From contig OZ242041.1 in the NCBI GenBank assembly GCA_965205215.1, positions 320,001-384,000 on the forward strand: DNA of 64,000 nt. The letters are read 5' to 3'. Below the pieces are notes generated by a model. The model did not search any database. It saw nothing but the letters and a program-made list of their open reading frames with translations, and was not told where the DNA came from. The translations under genes were made by a program, and so were the position numbers. Source of the DNA: Nitrosopumilus sp. GTDB lineage: Archaea; Thermoproteota; Nitrososphaeria; Nitrososphaerales; Nitrosopumilaceae. Below, one piece after another: positions 60,569 through 64,000 of this stretch. The number at the start of each line of letters is the position of its first letter. Position 1 is the stretch's first letter.

Positions 60569-60750
60569 GCAAAGGCCCCGTAGACTAGGATCAAAAGAAC
60601 CGAGATTCGTATTAGAGAAAACATGTATGGAAACTGGAAAGAACCAAAGGGGAGGAATATTGAGACAAGCGAAATCCAGACTGGCACGATATAGGACACG
60701 GCCGCGATTACCAGAATCACGATTCTCTTTCTGAGGTTCGGAATGTTCAT
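60520..60750 (-). CDS. 76-aa two-TM hypothetical protein
   Basis: Hydrophobic; ATG overlaps upstream TGA (ATGA). Confidence 0.6.
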   Translation of the reverse strand: MNIPNLRKRIVILVIAAVSYIVPVWISLVSIFLPFGSFQFPYMFSLIRISVLLILVYGAFAWVRPSLFPPTLQKRS

Positions 60751-61028
60751 CTTCTACTCCAGACCGCAAAACCGGTTATCACGATTCCTGCATAAAGCGC
60801 CATCGACCAAAACAGCCAGTAAGGGTCAATTGTCGCCCCATCCAATGGCATATACCCAATTTGATATCTAATGCCCCTGCCCTCAGTGGGCACTACGTTG
60901 TAGAGACGCTCAAATGGAAATGGTTTGTTCCAGAACGAGGGACTGTATGTAATTGGCAGGTACCTGAAAAAGTTCGCTAGCCCAAACGCAAGCAGCCCGA
61001 TCCCAGTTATCAAAAATCTGTCTTTCAT
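60747..61028 (-). CDS. 93-aa two-TM hypothetical protein
   Basis: MKDRFLITGIGLL...YAGIVITGFAVWSRR; ATGA overlaps at both ends. Confidence 0.7.
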   Translation of the reverse strand: MKDRFLITGIGLLAFGLANFFRYLPITYSPSFWNKPFPFERLYNVVPTEGRGIRYQIGYMPLDGATIDPYWLFWSMALYAGIVITGFAVWSRR

Positions 61029-61192
61029 TTACTAGACTCCAAAGTCGTGCCCAAAACTGTGCTTGATGATCTCGAGGCACTGGCAGGGAATACCCCCATG
61101 TACGGGGAGCACCAGTTTGCCACCATGAACAGGTATAACGAGAAGACCGCAGATACCGTAGTCGAAACTGCGATCTTGTACCTTGCCTTCAT
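61025..61192 (-). CDS. 55-aa single-TM protein; not in ORF track
   Basis: MKARYKIAVSTTVSAVFSLYLFMVANWCSPYMGVFPASASRSSSTVLGTTLESSK; exactly fills the gap with ATGA overlaps at both ends. Confidence 0.6.
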   Translation of the reverse strand: MKARYKIAVSTTVSAVFSLYLFMVANWCSPYMGVFPASASRSSSTVLGTTLESSK

Positions 61193-61683
61193 TCTGCCGC
61201 CCTGAGTTCGACCGTTGCCTGCTTGCCGCCGTCTCCGGTGCCGGCAGCCCCTAGGCAGTCTGCGTTCCGGATAAAGTCCTCGGCAAAGAGTCCGTCCGCG
61301 TCCATTTCGCGATGATACTCGCCCACATTGCAGTAAACGTACGCTCTTATCCTGTCTTGGTATGGGGAGTAGTCCAGGTCTAGTATCAACTGGTTTTGGG
61401 TATCAAAGCTCATTACGCCTACCTGAAGATTTGCGTCCCCCCTGTCGCGGTACACAAACTCTTCTTTTGCGTCCGGATACACCTCGTACATTGCCAAGTA
61501 TGCCGGGTGCGCGGCCATCTTAGAGTATATCTCGTCTGGCGACATATCCATTCTATCCAACCTCTTCCACCTGTCCCAAGAGTCTTCAATGATGAATGGC
61601 AGTATCGAAACCAAGAACAAGGCGAAGATAGTTATGCCTACGCCTATGGCTAGATACAGCGCAAACCTTGGCAGGCGTTCCAT
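61189..61683 (-). CDS. Membrane-anchored hypothetical protein
   Basis: N-terminal TM; TTATATA at about 61706-61712 supports ATG 61683. Confidence 0.75.
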   Translation of the reverse strand: MERLPRFALYLAIGVGITIFALFLVSILPFIIEDSWDRWKRLDRMDMSPDEIYSKMAAHPAYLAMYEVYPDAKEEFVYRDRGDANLQVGVMSFDTQNQLILDLDYSPYQDRIRAYVYCNVGEYHREMDADGLFAEDFIRNADCLGAAGTGDGGKQATVELRAAE

Positions 61684-61840
61684 GGCCCAAATGGTCTCCC
61701 GTGAGTATATAACGTCTGTTCCAAAACTGCTCTCGCATAACCCTCCGCTTGCGGATCGTGACAAAAGTGACATTATGGGGATGCCGCTTCCACACGCGCC
61801 CTCCCCCGACCCACAGGGACGTCAGGTTACAAAATAACTA

Positions 61841-62220
61841 TCAATCTTGCAGGCAGTCGTTATCATCCAAGAAATCAAATGTCGCTTCAAACGGAACTCC
61901 CTGCGGTTTTAGCCACCTGTCAGTACTACAAATCACCGAATAATATGGATGTATGTCATCACCCTTGAGGATCATCAAACTCAACGTATTGTTATGGTTG
62001 TCTGATTGTTTTACTTCAAGGGCCGGGCTTTCATACAAGGCATAGGATTCGGTGGAATTAGGATACATTGACTTGAATTTCTTGTAGATTTCATGTTCTC
62101 GGAACTCGTCAATCATGCCATCCTGACTTCCTCGTCCGATGGCGCAAGATCCAGGTAAACATACCATGAGACGAGTACTACAGCAACAGCACCCATCCCC
62201 AACAGAATTATTTTATTCAT
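61841..62220 (-). pseudogene. Frameshifted (or split) paralog of 61189-61683
   Basis: TM leader MNKIILLG...EEVRMA* (62220-62113) continues in another frame as MIDEFREHEIY...YP...FLDDNDCL (62116-61841). Confidence 0.6.
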
Positions 62221-62553
62221 GAGAAAAAACCTTGTTCGGCAGCGCGATCACTGCGATTGAGACAATACCGCCTCTGATTTATTCCATGCTTTGATCCTTG
62301 ACAACGCGATCAATCAACGCGCCAATGTAAGACAGGCTCCAAAGCCTGTGATAGTGTTTGTCATAGTTGACGTACTTCTCGGATCTGGTGTCGTTTTTCA
62401 TAATGCCCCACATCACATGAAACCGCACCGTCCGGCTTCTTCATGTCGCCGCGCAGCGTGGCGGTTCTGTGTGCGTTCAGGGTGATGTCTGCCGTGCTCT
62501 ACTGGGCGCCGGTACCGGACAACGGGGGGGCGGCAGCCTAGACTTATAGGATC

Positions 62554-63294
62554 ATGCCGGATAGTCCAACCATGAAGGGAAGCCTGACCGGGATAGGCGT
62601 CGGCCCCGGCGACGCGGACCTGCTGACCGTGAAGGCCGTGAAGGCCATAGAGGGCGCGGACGTCATAATGTGCCCCGCGTCTGCAGAGGACAGGCCCAGC
62701 ATAGCGCTGTCGGTGGTGTCCCACCTCGTGGACGAGCCAAGGCAGGAGATAACAAAGCTGATCTTTCCCATGACAAAGGACCGCGACGTGCTGGAGGAGA
62801 CTTGGAGGCGCAACGCCGACATCATGGCCCAAAAGGTCGCCACGGGCAAAAACATAGTATACCTGACGGTGGGCGACCCGTACCTTTACAGCACGTGGAT
62901 CTACATGCACAGGCACCTCAGCTCAGAGCACCCCGAGATGGAGATATCCGTTATACCGGGGATAGTGTCCATGTTCACGTTCGCCTCAAAGGTGGGCGTC
63001 AGCATAGCGGAGGGCGCAGAAAAGGTCGCCATAATACCCTCGTGCTACGACCTGGCCGGCGTCAGGGAGATCGCCAGGTACGCGGAGTCTATGATATTCC
63101 TCAAGGACGGCAGGTACTTTGACCAGGTCATAGACGTGCTGCGCGAGTCGGGGTTCGGCGACGATTCGCTCTTCGCGATAGGCCAGTCCCTGGGCACCGA
63201 TCAGGAGGTGATACAGAAGATGACGCTCGGCGAGGTCAGCGAGGAGAGCCTGGGCTCAAAATACTTTTCAATTCTGGTGGTAAAGCGTGCCTGA
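62554..63294 (+). CDS. cbiL: Precorrin-2 C20-methyltransferase
   Basis: GVGPGDADLLTVKA, FPMTKD, GDPYLYST, YFS. Confidence 0.95.
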   Translation: MPDSPTMKGSLTGIGVGPGDADLLTVKAVKAIEGADVIMCPASAEDRPSIALSVVSHLVDEPRQEITKLIFPMTKDRDVLEETWRRNADIMAQKVATGKNIVYLTVGDPYLYSTWIYMHRHLSSEHPEMEISVIPGIVSMFTFASKVGVSIAEGAEKVAIIPSCYDLAGVREIARYAESMIFLKDGRYFDQVIDVLRESGFGDDSLFAIGQSLGTDQEVIQKMTLGEVSEESLGSKYFSILVVKRA

Positions 63295-64000
63295 AAAAAC
63301 CGTATACTTTGTAGGGTGCGGCCCCGGCGACCCGGAGCTCGTCACCCTAAAGGCCAAGAGGCTCATACAAGACGCGGACGTCATCGTGTACTCGGGATCG
63401 CTCATCCCGGAGCCCATAATTGCAATGGCGGGCAAGAACGCGGAGCTGCACGACGCGTCGGGACTGGTCAGGGAGGAGATATCCGAGATCCTGTACAGGG
63501 GCGCCTCAGAAGACGGGAAAAAGACAGTGCTGCGCCTGCACGACGGCGACCCGGCCATATACGGCGCCATCAGGGAGCAGATCGACGAGCTTGCAAATAG
63601 GGGCATAAGGTCGGTGGTGGTGCCCGGCGTAACGTCGTTTCTGGCGTCGTCGGCCGCCCTGGGCACGCAGCTCACGCTGCCCGGAGTCACGCAGACCATC
63701 ATAATCACGAGGGCAGAGTCCCGCACAAAGGTGCCGGAGGCAGAGGGCATAGCGGAGCTGGCAAGGCACGGGGCCACCATGATATTCTACCTGAGCGTGC
63801 ACCTCATAAGGGAGATCGTCTCAGAGGCCAAGAAGGGCGGATACGGGGACGCCACGCCTGCGGCCGTCATATACAGGGCCAGCTGGGACGACGAGAGGGT
63901 GATCAAGGGCACCCTGGAGGACATCGAGCAGAAGGTCAGGGACGCGCGCATAACAAAGACGGCAATCATAATGATAGGGGACGTGCTGAACCCGGAGTCG
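63287..64000 (+). CDS. cbiF: Precorrin-4 C11-methyltransferase (runs off window end; not in ORF track)
   Basis: GTG 63287: [22 protein letters not shown]...[16 protein letters not shown]...[14 protein letters not shown]. Confidence 0.93.
   Translation, partial: MPEKTVYFVGCGPGDPELVTLKAKRLIQDADVIVYSGSLIPEPIIAMAGKNAELHDASGLVREEISEILYRGASEDGKKTVLRLHDGDPAIYGAIREQIDELANRGIRSVVVPGVTSFLASSAALGTQLTLPGVTQTIIITRAESRTKVPEAEGIAELARHGATMIFYLSVHLIREIVSEAKKGGYGDATPAAVIYRASWDDERVIKGTLEDIEQKVRDARITKTAIIMIGDVLNPES

Noticed and set aside
62278-62401. 40-codon minus-strand ORF MKNDTRSEK... at the island head
   Set aside because: Starts ATGAA like the array genes but has no TM segment or overlap coupling; too short to support
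1-64000. CRISPR array, rRNA, intact transposase or integrase, reverse transcriptase/DGR, cobalamin riboswitch
   Set aside because: No spaced repeats or diagnostic motifs found by eye; a covariance-model scan was not possible

Overview
GC-rich archaeal chromosome segment. The gene content (nurA-herA-mre11, grpE-dnaK-dnaJ, bacterial-type metK, anaerobic cbi/cob genes, aIF2 alpha/gamma, priS/priL, UPF0182, CPxCG microproteins) fits an ammonia-oxidising archaeon (Nitrososphaerota, Nitrosopumilaceae-like). High GC plus secreted accessory proteins would fit a Cenarchaeum-like host-associated lineage (inference). Most of the window is housekeeping, with two tRNAs (Gln-TTG, Gly-CCC) and TATA boxes about 25 bp upstream of many start codons. 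Four small ORFs absent from the ORF track were read directly. Most notable: (1) an AT-richer island between cbiT and cbiL, made of short membrane-protein genes chained by ATGA overlaps with similar junctions and flanked by an imperfect direct repeat, a possible gene-cassette array; (2) an lhr helicase with no canonical start outside a 257-nt dual-frame overlap; (3) a stand-alone HEPN RNase candidate and a UvrD-nuclease fusion in a DNA-repair cluster; (4) a DUR3-like symporter-UspA fusion beside an Lrp regulator and an orphan ParB; (5) a candidate structured ncRNA upstream of the NEMF/Rqc2 gene; (6) pervasive triplet-repeat insertions in core proteins. All calls come from motif recognition by eye; no database search was run.
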